From Phoronis australis (lineage: Eukaryota > Animalia > Phoronida): a stretch of 64,000 nucleotides of DNA. Below, piece by piece: positions 52,101 to 64,000 of the stretch (its first letter is position 1; each line of letters starts with the position of its first letter). A program made the translations under genes and the position numbers. Location of the stretch: assembly GCA_002633005.1 (NCBI GenBank), contig NMRA01000008.1, positions 2,122,598-2,186,597 on the forward strand. The letters run 5' to 3'. The notes under the pieces were generated by a model. That model had not been told where the DNA came from. It saw nothing but the letters and a program-made list of their open reading frames with translations, and did not search any database.

Positions 52101-52193
52101 TTCACATACCACAAGCTTCCCAATGTGTCCTCAAGTATGATAATGGCCAAGAACTTAGACACTGGTGAATTCTGTAGAGCCGACTTGATGTGA
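40131..52193 (+). CDS. Cysteine-containing LRR protein (AMN1/FBXL-like, no F-box; N-terminal BC-box-like motif), 539 aa, 11 coding exons
   Basis: Exons 40131-40431, 41550-41705, 43455-43567, 44106-44188, 45708-45756, 46061-46288, 46772-46840, 47608-47772, 48672-48830, 50018-50200 and 52080-52193 are phase-consistent (1620 nt). Repeated LxxLxLxxCxxxTD motifs, e.g. LQQLDLSYC, LHTLYMKGCNQLTD, LEEIYLNGC. Confidence 0.88.
42442..43217 (-). mobile_element. Solo-LTR-like segment
   Basis: TGT...ACA termini; on the minus strand a TATA-like motif (42873-42880) precedes AATAAA (42507-42512). Internal tgacttgatc array at 42757-42851 and a ~55-bp direct repeat at 43015/43078. No clean TSD. Confidence 0.45.
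44890..45129 (+). mobile_element. tRNA-derived SINE, family A
   Basis: A box tggcctagtg, B box ggttcgagtcc, body shared with 15573-15796, ends aataattttttttttt. Confidence 0.88.
46677..46758. repeat. Perfect hairpin, 36-bp stem, 10-nt loop
   Basis: 46677-46712 is the exact reverse complement of 46723-46758. Confidence 0.95.
48942..49145 (-). mobile_element. tRNA-derived SINE, family B
   Basis: Minus strand reads ggcgTAGCTCAGAGG (A box)...GATTCGAATCC (B box)...atttattta tail. Confidence 0.6.
49549..49706. mobile_element. Tc1/mariner-pogo-type MITE
   Basis: taccgtaaactcaggg ... ccacgagtttacagca imperfect TIRs; internal gcgattacc repeats. Confidence 0.55.
50680..51230 (-). mobile_element. Degenerate inverted copy of the Helentron-like repeat
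   Basis: gatgtgttcctattgagaaga, gccccctagtggc and tgtggcaccccctag segments relate to the 11.5-12.9 kb and 52.5-53.0 kb copies. Confidence 0.5.
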
Positions 52194-52489
52194 AGGACTT
52201 GTTCCAGTGATTAGACTCACAAACCACGGAAGGGCTGTAACTGGTCTTATTGGACAAGTGGACACTTGAGTTCTTGAAAGGATGCCACAGACTTTTGAAG
52301 GAGTAGCTCAAGAAGACAACTTAGCAAATTTACTTTGAATGTATCACATATTTGGCCATGAACATTCACCTCAATCTAAACATTATATGTGGTTGCATAA
52401 TCCGTCATTTTCATCCATCCATCCAGTTCCCACTGTTGTACAATATCTCTAAAATATCTCAATGCATGTTCATTGGAAATTTTGCAAAA

Positions 52490-53030
52490 TCAAGATTTTC
52501 ATGAAATTTGACCTATAGGTTTCTCTTATGGAGACGACGATTTAAGATGTATTCTATGTAATCTGCGCCCCCTAGTGGCCATTTTTATTTTTCCATCTGT
52601 TTTTGGCATCAGTTTATCTATCTGCCATACAGTTTGATGAATAATTAAGAAATTTCTCAAATGTGTTCCTATTGAGAAGAAAACAGCAGGCATTGATTTT
52701 CAGATGTGTTGAACTACTGATGCGCCCCTTGTGGCAATTAGTCTTATTTTTGAGTATACTTATGTCAAGTTCCTTGATGGATTTTCATGAAATTTGGCTA
52801 ACAAGTTTTTGTTAAGATGACACATTTCCACTTCCAATGGAGTTAATTTATTGTGTGCTCTTAAGTGAGCGACTGTTTTTATTTTTGTCTTATTTTTGGC
52901 ATCCGCCTCTCAAACCACCAAAGCGCCTGAATGATTATGAATTTGTTCAGATATGTTCCTATTGAGATGATCACGACTGGAATAACTACTGTCCAACTAG
53001 TGTGGTGTCCATAAGTGGCAAACATGTTGT
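52490..53030 (-). mobile_element. Degenerate inverted copy of the Helentron-like repeat
   Basis: gcgccccctagtggcc, gattttcatgaaattt and tgttcctattgaga repeated with about 270-bp periodicity. Confidence 0.5.
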
Positions 53031-53919
53031 GTATGAAACGAGAAAAATGTCCAAACTTGGCTAACTTCGGAACATCTTAGAAATGGTTGATCAGATTCAA
53101 TGCATTATGTAGTGTTCCAGGTATTGTTTAATTTTAAAATGATTTACTTTTACATCAATAATAGGGCTTCCCTGATTTTTGCATGGAACCAAAGCGAAAC
53201 GATTTAGAAATTAAAGTATTACAGCATTTTTAAACATTATATCGAATGGAAATTTGGTCAATGTTATTTAAGCCATTGTTTTTCTGTGAATGTTTCTTTT
53301 TAAAAATTATTTTACAAATCCTTTGTTATGTAACTCAATTAATGTCAGATATAAAGTCAAGTTCTACAGGCTGTCTGTATTCAAATAATATATTGACTTA
53401 CCAATTTAAAATTTGTACTTCAAGTATTTGGCTAAATGCACGCAGTTGTTGTCAAGGTCCTACCCAACTTAAAGGGAGAGGGTCAATAAATTGGGATTAG
53501 AGTGTCACATGATAGGAAAACCTCATTAGACCAACACGATAGCTCACCAGTAACACATTCTATAAAAAGATAACCTAGTGGATTCTCACAACTCGACAAC
53601 GGTACAATTAGGGCATGTAAGACGCACGTGGACGATCATGATGGTAAAGTGTGCCTGTGGCCTTCATTTTTGAGTTCCCTAAATACCCTGAGTTAGCAAG
53701 GAACTGATTACAATTCGCATATTGTTGTCTTCTGCTTAGTCTGTGTGTGATGTAAGCAGAGTACACTGTATTTGGATTCTAAATTGACAGTAAAAGCGGG
53801 AAGTTGGTGGGATGCACTTTTAATCCCATTCCCAGTTTTATTCACTTGTACGATGAGCACACGAAAGTCTGTGCCTATGCCTTTAATGGAAGAAAAGTAA
53901 ACGAAGATATGTACCAAAA

Positions 53920-53925
53920 TTTATT
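53920..53925 (-). terminator. Candidate polyadenylation signal for SLU7
   Basis: AATAAA on the minus strand about 300 nt after the stop codon. Confidence 0.45.
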
Positions 53926-54225
53926 GTATGAAAAACTTCAGCATATTTTGACATAAATTAAATTTAATGAATGCAAAATACTGTTTGAAAACAGTAAAAG
54001 CAGAATGACATTCAAGAATCCAAGGTCCATGATGTGTAAAGTTCTCATCCATAGTGAAACCTCTAATTTACAACTGACATCTGATGTTCAGTACAGAAAT
54101 GCAGCATCGCGTTTGCAATCCCAGACGTAAGACAACATCTCAGCTATGACTATTCGTACCACCTTTAATAAACCATGCTGAGAATGACTGCACTAGTTTC
54201 AAGCATGATGCAACCGTAGACCCGA

Positions 54226-57200
54226 CTACATAAACTGTGACATGGGGTCGTCGAACTTTGGCCTCTTCATCCTGTATGCTTCCATTTCTTCTTTGGTTGG
54301 TTCTCGCACATTAACCATACTGTTATAGGGTCGCTTCCTTTCATCCATGGCCAGTAACCTGTCAGCTTCCTTCCGTTCCTCCTCCTGCCTTAGCAGTGCC
54401 TGAAATAGCAGAATGTTGTTTTTTATATTGTTTGTTCATGACCTTTGCACAGCTGTCTATTAAAAACTTCTATTAGCCAAATACCGGAACACCACGGTAC
54501 CCTCTCTGATTCTGCAACATTTAACCACAACGCTGCGCATCCATAGAGCACTTGCATGCATCTCAAAAGAGCATGAGCAGCCCTGCCTTTCAAATTGTAC
54601 AATGCATTTTTCTACCTCCACAAAAGAGGAGAGTTGAATTCGGGTTGTGGGGATTGGATTACAGTGGTGTTGCGGTATTGCAGCGTGTGACCCAAACTAA
54701 TCCAAATTATTTCAACCTGCGTACACACCGTTGAATTGGTGCTTATACCCTTTTGTTCAATCATGCAATGAGGTCACAAGCAATTTGTGCAGGGTTACGC
54801 AAAGCTTTGACATCACAGCAAAGACTTGATTGTTGGCTTTTGCATTGACATTTTTCTCGAAAATGAGGTGGCTGCCATGGTTTATGTGTCAAAAGAAAAA
54901 TTAGTATCCACATCACTAAATGCAATACAACCCAAAAGTATTCAGACAAAATGACCCGGAATTCTCTGTCACGATGGCAACTGAATTAGATACAATGACG
55001 GGAAACGGCATTTATTTGATTACTTTTGTCATGTTGCATGCGCCAACACAGGTGGTTTTATGATACATATAACAATTCCAATTTTAACTAAATCAACAAA
55101 CCACATAGGTCATGAATAATTTTCCCATGAAATTTGGTGGAACTCAAAATCCCTGCAAATTTGTGTCCCCGTGCAAAAAAGTTTTCCTAGTAAAAATTTG
55201 CTTCAAAAATACACAAGATTACTTCGACCAATTTGCTCATTCCAACAGCACTAGTAACCCAGACATACAAGAGGTGTAACTTGTCTAATACCTAGAAAAC
55301 AAATTTACGCTAATTCGATAATAATTAGAAAATAAGTGGACGGTACATACCAGTTTCAGTTTCTGCTCATCAATTTCATCTGAATCACTATCACTACTCT
55401 CGCTACTACTGCTTTTAGACTTCCTTTTCTTGTTTTTCTTTTTCTTCCTTTTCTCCTTTTTCTTGGAATTGGCTTTTTGTAATTTTTCCTGGTGTTGCTA
55501 CAATGATAGTAAACGCTTATTAACAAGCAACCACAGAAATACATCAAAAGTTACAAAGCTATATTAACTTCGTCGGTAAAAAAACTGTTGTACACTTAGT
55601 AGGCAGTCAGGCCTCACAAACTGAAAATTAATGGGTGATTAAATATTTAGCAGATTTGCAAAAGCACAACATGTAAAAGTCAACTACCGTGTAATGCACT
55701 CGCGCGCCTATATCAGGAAAAACACGTTCCTGAAAAAACAACTTTCTACTCAAGTGTTGCACATACAGTAGAAGACAAAAATACTCAAGACAAAAACAAT
55801 CCAGACAAAAGTAATCCAGACACACTTGCTCACAACGCTGATAATGTAACATCTGAGGTTACTAGTACCTTCCAACACGTAAAGAAGCAAACTAGGAGTT
55901 GTAATAACTGCTCAACAACAAAGGAAAAAACACAGATAGACTGGGATTTGACCGTCTACCTCCCAACGCTAAGGAAAGAAATAACTATGCAGGAGTTGTG
56001 GCACAGCTTGTGGACGTCGTTGGACATCGAGGACTTTAGTTGCCCAAACTGTAATAGTCTCAGTGGCCAGCTCACATGGTCATTAGTAAAACCGCCAAAA
56101 TACCTTTGTATTCATATCTTACGAACCGCGACTAATGGTGAAAAAATCAACACAAAGATTTCCTCTTATGACCTCTCCGGCTACAAAATAAAAGCAATCA
56201 TTGAACACCATGGAAGAAACACGACGGGTGGTCATTACACATGCTGTGTTAAATCGTCAGCATGGGAATGGATAAATTTTGACGACTCTACAGTCACAAG
56301 TACATCCAAGCCTCCCCTGGATGCCTACATTGCAATATATGAATTATAAACCAACAAAGGAAATCAACATAAAAAATATGGCGCAATTTCAACATCAGCG
56401 TCGCATATCACATCTGACGCAGCCAAGTCAAGTTATTTTTGAAATTCATCCTGGTACGGGAATTGGAGATAGTTAGGCCTATAAAAGATCTTTAACCCAG
56501 CCGCAGAGCGTCTAAAGCCGCGCACCGTACCAGTGACTGCTGGCAACTCATCGGAGACTCAACTTTAACATCCTTCACCGCAGAGATAACAACTCTTGGG
56601 CTGTCTCCGATGAGTCCATTCTTTGTTGAATGTTTAGGTAAATTCAGACAAAAGTAATCCAGACAAAATGATGTTTTCCCATCGTATCTAATTGTGTTAA
56701 CGGCAAAAATTACTTGCAATAACTATTATGGCGGCAACATTCTAATTTACAGAATAGTTTATCTATCTCGCTAACTTTCCAGATAATTTCTCTTCATTCT
56801 CCGTCTTGAGGAAGACTACTCTGATGGAGAATTTGGCATCTGTCCAGCCGTCACAACGAGGAATTCTGGACTATTTTTGCAAAATACTTTTGGCTTATAC
56901 TGTAGGCGCATGGATTTAATTTCACTTACAGACACGTGGCCTTTTATTGCACACGCACTACTTTTTGGTCAGTCTTGTCCATTCTTTATATTTTTCATTT
57001 CTTAAGTTGCATTTTGTCTTGTGCTTTAGCAGTCTTGTAATACTCCTCACCATGATAGGATTCCATTTTTGTAGTCTGCTAAAGTCACAAGCAATGCGTA
57101 CATATGCCATTTTTGAATTTTCAATTTTAGGGTTAGCCAACCCCAATAGACATTGTCTAGTACTTTCTATAGCCATTCATGGTTTCGATGTTCTTGTAGG

Positions 57201-60200
57201 CAACAGAAATGGAACCCTGTCACAGTAAGGAATGTTACAAGACTGATTTTATGAAAGTAAAACGCCTAACTTGATTTTCATTGTTAGCCAGCTAAACTGG
57301 GAAAAATGTAGCTTTAATAGACAACATTGAGACAAGTACATGTAACCATCAACTATTTTGTAATAAATAAGCAAACCGTCACTTGCATGTGATTTTAAAA
57401 CTCAGCTCAAGTTTATTGGTTTTACTTTAAATGCACCATATAAAGACCCATGTACATTTTAAATGTACCATACAAAAGACCCATGTACATGTTAAATGTA
57501 CCAACCACTCAATATCCTCAAAGCCATTATAACTACCTGATACAATGACTTGGGTTCTTTTTCTTCTTCAACTTCTGGCTGTTTCTCACTTAATGCAATA
57601 AGTTGACCCTACAAAGCAAAGTGGTTCCAATCAATACTGTGTACAAACTAGCTATAAAGTTCTTAACACACAGTCAGGCATTTGAAGAAATCAATCAGAG
57701 ACTTAAGAGTGTTAAATTCACAAGAAAATCTTATTTTATAGTTTTTTAACTTCAAACAAAGCTTCTTGCCCTAGTCATTTGTATTACATAGAGGAGGAAA
57801 CTGATAATAGACAAAAAATTACCGATTAAAATGGGAATCTGTAGTTCAACTATGAAGTTTGCTAGAAAAAATTAGGAGTAAGGTGGTTTTACTTTGGTTT
57901 TAAAAACATCTCTCATGATTTCAAACACAATAAATTTACACTTCTGACAGACAAAATATTTTGGTACCCTTTCAAACTTTTAAGTTTAAAAAGGCATGAG
58001 CCCCAACTTTTAAGAATAGTTTTAAGAGTCCGAAATTAAGGAAACTTTATCAGCCCCTACTTCTTAGGAAAAAAATGAGTTTCAAGAGTAAATTTAAGGG
58101 TTTTTCATTCATTACAGAAAGCCAAGTATCCAACAAGTTGTCAACTTCATTTGAGTTAGACCACTATAAGACAACACCCGGAAGCTACTTTTAACTAAAG
58201 AAATGTATACATCATGAGACTGCTTTCTGATCATATGGATTTGAGCCTGAATCCTTCGTAGTTGCAATCCTACACTCTGCTAGCCAAGTTAAATCCCACT
58301 AGAGCATTTTAAGTGTACTTAACTGATGAAGTCAGTCTTGATTTCAGAGAATGTCTGCCAGACCATAGTAATTAGAATTGGTAACTTGTAATAAAATCGC
58401 AAACGCACAATGGATTTTATTATTTAGTACGACGTTCAAAGCTAATAACTTTGAAAAGTGTATCCAACAGTATTCTCCAAAATGCATTTTCTGCTGTAAA
58501 AATGATAACGTCTCTTCAACTTTTCAAGAATTGTTTAAGTGATGACGAAGAAAACAACATACACACAGTTATCATAAGCTCAACAAGTAACCACTCAAGA
58601 CATTCCCATGACATCTTACCCTCCTTTAAAATCTTCCGACTTACCTCCGCCACTTCTTTTCCTGCTTCCCCTGTGCAGTAAGATTCTTTTATCATTGAGT
58701 GACAACACTTATAACCCCATTGGCCCCTGCTCCAGTAGGAACCCCACACAGTCTGTAAACAAGCAAAATGCCATCTTGATCTGATATTGAAGCAATATGT
58801 TCTATTACCATCACATGAATTCAATGGGTACGCTGTACATAAAGCAGTGTTCTCACCAGGCTTTTTGAGCACAGAGGCCTACCGTACTCAAATTTGGCCA
58901 CCATGCTCACATTTTGAGACACTATGGTCTAATTGTTGACAAAACACAAAACACGATGGTAAGGCACGTGACTAACTGGTGAACAGTCTCAAAATATTCA
59001 CCTGAAAAGAAAATGTTTGGCACAGACTATATACGAGCTTCACATGAAACAATACCAATGCGATAGATAGTGAAAAATTGAAACTAACATCAGACAGTAC
59101 CCAAAACTGAGAACAAAATTATTATTCAGTGTTCCTGGACTGCTCATCCTCTATAAACAAGCATCTAGATAAAACAGTCATACAGAGCAAGACACTCATG
59201 ATGCTGTTGGGAGATTCTGTTGTGCCCAGTTAATAACATATCAACTTATAATAAATACATGACAAAAAGTTGACACAATTCATTAAAGTTAAGTCTAGAA
59301 ATTCATTTGCGTTTAAGAACTTAACGGAATTTCTTTACTTCATATGTATTGGGCTAACCAGATAGTCCTAGAAAAGCCTTAGCGAAATTTGAAAATGCGA
59401 GTTCAAGCACTCAAATTTAGACCCGCCAAATGATAAGTGAAGTTGCTTTTTTGTGCCATATTTTGTCACCACGAGATCCCTGCACAAACAACAAAAGACC
59501 GACAACAGTTGCATCGAATAAAGAACTGAATAGAACAACTTTGTGTGCAGGATTTATTCGCAGCTGTCTGAATTAAAAAGTGATTCTCGTGGTAACGTAG
59601 ACAAAAGCAAGCCAATCCATCAAACGCATTTAGCAATTCATGGCACTGGTGGGCTCAGAGTGATACTGTAGGAACCAAAGTTTACTGGCGTTACCATTCA
59701 ATACAGGCTTTAAAATGAAAGTCATGACAATGCTCTTGGCATTAGTACAGCAAATTACTCCTATATTGCTCATTATTGTACTATTCCATCTCTTAATTGC
59801 TTGTCTCTTGCCCTAATAAAATGCCCACAATCTTCAGGCACTGACATGCTTCATGTGCTTTCCGTATTCGGATTCATTGTGCAAACACAATGACTGACTA
59901 ACGAAAAACACTGCCTATACTACACATGAACAGAAATGCAGGGTACTGAAACACACTGAACTCTGAATGGAGCACCTACAGTCAATTTAGCACTGAAATA
60001 CATCAATGATAACAGAAAAAAACCACATTGATTTCCCCTTAAAATTTGAAATTTGATTTTCCTAAAGCAATGTGCTAAATTGGTAATGAAATATATGACT
60101 CATTGTATTCCTTGTATAGGGCTTGCACAAATGCACACGAGACTTGGTCACATCCACAGCACAGAACTGGCACAAATGCACATGAGGCTTAGTCATATCC

Positions 60201-63200
60201 ATTGTATGGGGCTGGCACAAATGCAAGACATCGTCATACCGTGTGATTGTTGTTATAGATGTCCTCTTCATAGCGAGACCTGATGATTGCTTTCTCTTGT
60301 CCTTTGATTACTTTTCCAGATCGAGAGTACTCAACGTAATTTTCCTTAAAGAAATAGGAAGTTCACGAGTTAATTACAGATGACACAACGGATGTGGATT
60401 TTCACAACACGTCCCTACTTAAAGCCTAAATATTGAAATCTCCAACACAGTTGTCTCCAAAGTTCTGTTGTTAAGACAGCAATTGGTTTCTTCAACCTTT
60501 TTATATTCCTTAAAAGGAATTGAGGTCATCTGTGATTGATATGAAGCAATACAGTTTCAGAAACGCTGACCACCAGACTGTCAAACCAGATGGCTTTTTG
60601 ACACTATTTTCTATATGCAATGCAATCGATATGTTTGAGGATGAAAATTACTGTCTATCACGGACATATTTTTGAAGTTGAGTGATCCGGTGTAAAATTG
60701 TGAGTAAGGAAGCAATGCTCCTTTAACGTGTTAACTGATTTTAAGCACTATGAAATGTAATGCAAAGCCTGTCGTCTATGGCAGATGACAGTGGTCGCAT
60801 CATTGAAAGACAAATGACAGACTGCCTGAAAAGATTTTCAAAAAATTTTAAGAGTATTTCCTAAGACATTGAGGCTATGTTCCCTAGATGCAAGATTATC
60901 ACACAAAACAAAATCACATGACACTATGCAAAATCACGCAAGTGAAAGGCGAATGTCATAAAAGTATGCTCAGGAGCTTACTAGTCTACCGTAGAAAATA
61001 GCAACCAAGGAAGTGATTGGTTTGTAGGTTGGAAAGTTGAATTATAAAAGAGAATCCACGGTTTACATTCCATAACCAAAGATATGTAGCGGCAAGTGCT
61101 TAACCAGTGTCGTGGATCTATGAAATGCAGTTCAGGGACTGAGACCACCAAAATGTACTCAATCATTTAACTTGAATACTGATCAATCTCTGAACTGGCT
61201 TTACTAAAACTGACTGACTGAATGACGCAATAGTTGATCACAGCCAACTTACTGTCTGAGCCAGCAGTAACTCCTTGGGTAATGTGTTCAGGTGTTCCTC
61301 TCCACCATACTTATCTAATACACTCGATTTTTTGTCACCCTCAAATTTGTCTTTCTTCTCTTGGTACTGCTTCTTCAGAAGCTCCAGTTTGGTGGGGTCG
61401 GCTTGCAGGTGCACCTCGGCTCCCTTCTCATACGCCTCCCACGCAAACACTACACAATGGTAAGAGAACATAGAATGTGAAATGCAGTTACCAACAATTC
61501 ATGAAAACACTAGCAGAGGCCAATACCATCAAACTTTACTAGAGACTCAACTGGAAAAATATACCAATCCCACAGCATGCTCTGAGTAAACTTTCATATT
61601 TTACCCAACGTAATATGCATTTTTCTGGGCTTCCGAATAGCACCACCAAAGACAACTCACTTAGCTCACCAAAATGTGTACCCACGATCAACACCACACA
61701 ACTCAACATTTCCGAAAAGATGACTCTAGAAGTCGAGATTTCCTGATAAGTAGCAATTTACTAATAATTAAATCCAATTCAGAAATTTTCAATATTATTC
61801 AATGTTTATTTCTGCTTCAAATTTGCAAATTTTTCAAAAAAGAAACTTCCCAGTCGTCTGGTTTCTCTGCAACCTGTTATTAACTGCTGTCAATGCACAT
61901 GTGATTTCTACAGTAAACAAGATGGCATGTGAATAGTGCAATCTGTTTGCATCTGAGACTTGAGAGGGATTGATTTAAGACACCATTCAAAACTTGTTTG
62001 TTCACGAAAATAGTACGAGTGACAAACGTGGGTACACTGTTGATCGTGGGCACACCGCTGATTGTGACTTCACTGCTGATCATGAGTACATTGTCTATCG
62101 CCGGTATTTTGATGTTAATGGCCTCCCAGGAAGTGACAGTAACCTCGTTTCTGACATCTTAAGACAATGTGAAGATAATTATGGCGAAAAAATGAGACAC
62201 AAGCTAATAAAGAGACAACGAGGAAAAGGTTATTGTAAGGGTGCATCAGGTTGAAGAAGAGACAGGAATGTACCAAGAAGTGTAGACCATCTTGAATATG
62301 GAACACCAAGGATAGGAAAGTGCTCTGGGAAAGGTCAAAGTTCACAAACAGACAAACTACACTGCAGCAACATAGATGGCGTAACTTGAATACGAACAAC
62401 AAAAGCAACAGTTCCAAAAACATTCCTGTTCACAGATGAAACAAAAACAACGTAGAAAATTTATCTGAAACTAAATAAGGCGATCCAGATCCTCCCAAGG
62501 ATACTATTGTTTCATGAAATGAAGAATATAAATCGGTAAATAAAACAACAAGAATGGATCAACTGAAATTTGAAATTTTCGGATGTAACAACTTCCTTTA
62601 TCAACAAAAACAGAAATAAAGTAAAATCAAACACAAAATGACAATTGACATATAACAAAAACACCAATGCAAGTTTATTTTTGGTTTTGTCACAGTGTGT
62701 ATTAGAACCTGCTGGATGTTTTATACTCACACTGTTGTGTGGCCATGTCATGCGCATCTCCCGAGTAACGTACAAAGTTGTCACCAGAAAAGCCCAGACC
62801 AAGCCTACAATCATAACAAATATCTCACTCAACATTAACTCGTATGCAATGTATACGCATGCTACTGTAGCTTGGGAACCCCTTTCTGGAGAGGCGGGAC
62901 TCATTGAAAACACAATTTGTGCTCCCTTTCTCCACATTCGTCTTTTCTGGATCTCGAAAATGAGGCAATTTCACAACATATGGACAGTTCCAACATGCCA
63001 CTTTTGTAAATAAATGCAAGAATCAGGTTTGTCACCCATATACAATGACCCCATCACAACAATTTACAGATTTTTTAAAATAATTTTGTGGGAAATCTTT
63101 TTTTCAATTAATGAATTCAAAACTTCAGTCACTGTACTTCACTTATTTAGCACACAATATGGCCAACAAGTGAAATTCTATTTTGTGAAATTTCTCTACA

Positions 63201-63598
63201 AAAATAGAGATTTAGCAAAAATTTAGCCTATAATTAGCCTAATTTGCAGAATGATCTAATAAAACAATATTCGTCAAGTTTTCATTATAGGTAGCAATGA
63301 ACGAAACCAGTTTTTGAAAAATTGGAAAAAAAAATTGCAATTTTTACACAAAATCAACAGATAATTACCAAGATCAAAGATAACACAAATCAATATATCT
63401 GAACCAGACAGTCCAATCAATGATAATTTGTTGTCCAGAGCACAGTTGCTGTAGTTTATGAAACCTGCTACTGAAGAGTGTGCTTGTGTTATGTACTTAC
63501 TCTGTTGGGTCTTTATTGGTACCCTGGAGGGGATTTTCCCTCATAGATCGTGTCTTTGGGTCATAGTAGGCTGAGTTCGGGTCCAAATTGTACAGGTA
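54226..63598 (-). CDS. SLU7: Pre-mRNA splicing factor SLU7 (3' part; 5' exons lie beyond the window)
   Basis: Exons 63501-63598 ([23 protein letters not shown]), 62731-62804 ([10 protein letters not shown]), 61253-61449 (FAWEAYEKG...[10 protein letters not shown]...KYGGEEHL...PKELLLAQT), 60240-60344 ([15 protein letters not shown]...SRYEED), 58645-58752 (VWGSYW...WGYKCCHS...YCTG), 57537-57608, 55351-55497, 54226-54399 (DERKRPYNS...[13 protein letters not shown]...DPM). Phases are consistent. Confidence 0.96.
55772..55822. repeat. 15-bp tandem repeat (agacaaaagtaatcc-like) at the start of the USP fragment
   Basis: About 3.3 units. The same motif recurs at 56646-56668 and, inverted, at 56866-56880. 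Confidence 0.75.
55830..56349 (+). pseudogene. Intronless, 5'-truncated USP (peptidase C19) deubiquitinase domain fragment, antisense in a SLU7 intron
   Basis: The frame reads TRSCNNC...FSCPNC...[10 protein letters not shown]...[24 protein letters not shown]...WINFDDSTV...AYIAIYEL*, i.e. zinc-ribbon CxxC pairs and a His box. No Cys box upstream. Confidence 0.75.
57429..57503. repeat. ~33-bp tandem duplication
   Basis: aaatg(c/t)accata...agacccatgtacat occurs twice, plus a partial unit. Confidence 0.6.
60108..60226. repeat. Degenerate 45-bp tandem repeat
   Basis: gcacaaatgca at 60125, 60170 and 60215. Confidence 0.65.
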
Positions 63599-64000
63599 CT
63601 ACAACATAATCAATAATGTTAAAATACTTTTTAAGTGTGCTTTAAGTTAAGTGTCACAAACAGCCCACCGTGAAGATGCTCCCAACACTTTGATAAGTAT
63701 AGAAATGTTAGTGATATTAATGAGAAAAAATTATAAATCACAACTCCTGGAACTTACTGTAAAATTTGCATCTAGTTATTCACCTGGAAGAATGATAATG
63801 TCGTCCAGCAATAACAATAGGTATAGTAGGTAATAATAAAAGCTATATAGACTGCATTGCTTAGCAACACATAGATGTCAACAACGTATACTCACAACTA
63901 TTATCTTAGGTAATTGCTAACATGGCAATCCTTCCTCTTCTTAACATGTTTACAAAAGATTTAAAAGTCACTGTCAACTGCAGTCCCTCGGTCTTCCACT

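Noticed and set aside
52198-52258. SECIS-like stem-loop just after the LRR gene stop (GTGA...AAA...)
   Set aside because: The 3' strand reads TTAT opposite GTGA and lacks the GA needed for the tandem G.A core, so it is an ordinary hairpin by eye. A SECISearch run on the whole UTR is still needed.

Overview
Eukaryotic (invertebrate animal-like) genomic DNA, AT-rich, with GT-AG spliceosomal introns; there are no operons or CRISPR arrays. Five genes were reconstructed by hand from splice signals and reading-frame continuity, in alternating orientation. (1) A Ki-67/MKI67 homologue (minus, 1968-16492) with FHA domain, RVSF PP1 site, TGHAxSP conserved domain, compact Ki-67-motif repeats and an 18x26-aa basic C-terminal array. 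(2) A head-to-head 3-exon orphan gene for a basic S/T-P-x-K-rich protein (plus, 21036-24730). (3) RMND5/GID2 (minus, 30646-38035). (4) An AMN1/FBXL-type LRR gene lacking an F-box (plus, 40131-52193), preceded by a spliced in-frame upstream ORF separated from it by one TGA. (5) The 3' part of SLU7 (minus, 54226 to beyond 63598). Introns and intergenic DNA hold two tRNA-derived SINE families, several MITE families, a Helentron-like repeat carrying CTCF-consensus motifs, a perfect 16x38-bp minisatellite, two long perfect hairpins, a solo-LTR-like segment and an intronless USP deubiquitinase fragment inside a SLU7 intron. Assembly gaps: N-run 10111-10926 and single Ns at 461, 7085, 39433 and 48901. 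All homology calls come from remembered motifs; no database search was run.
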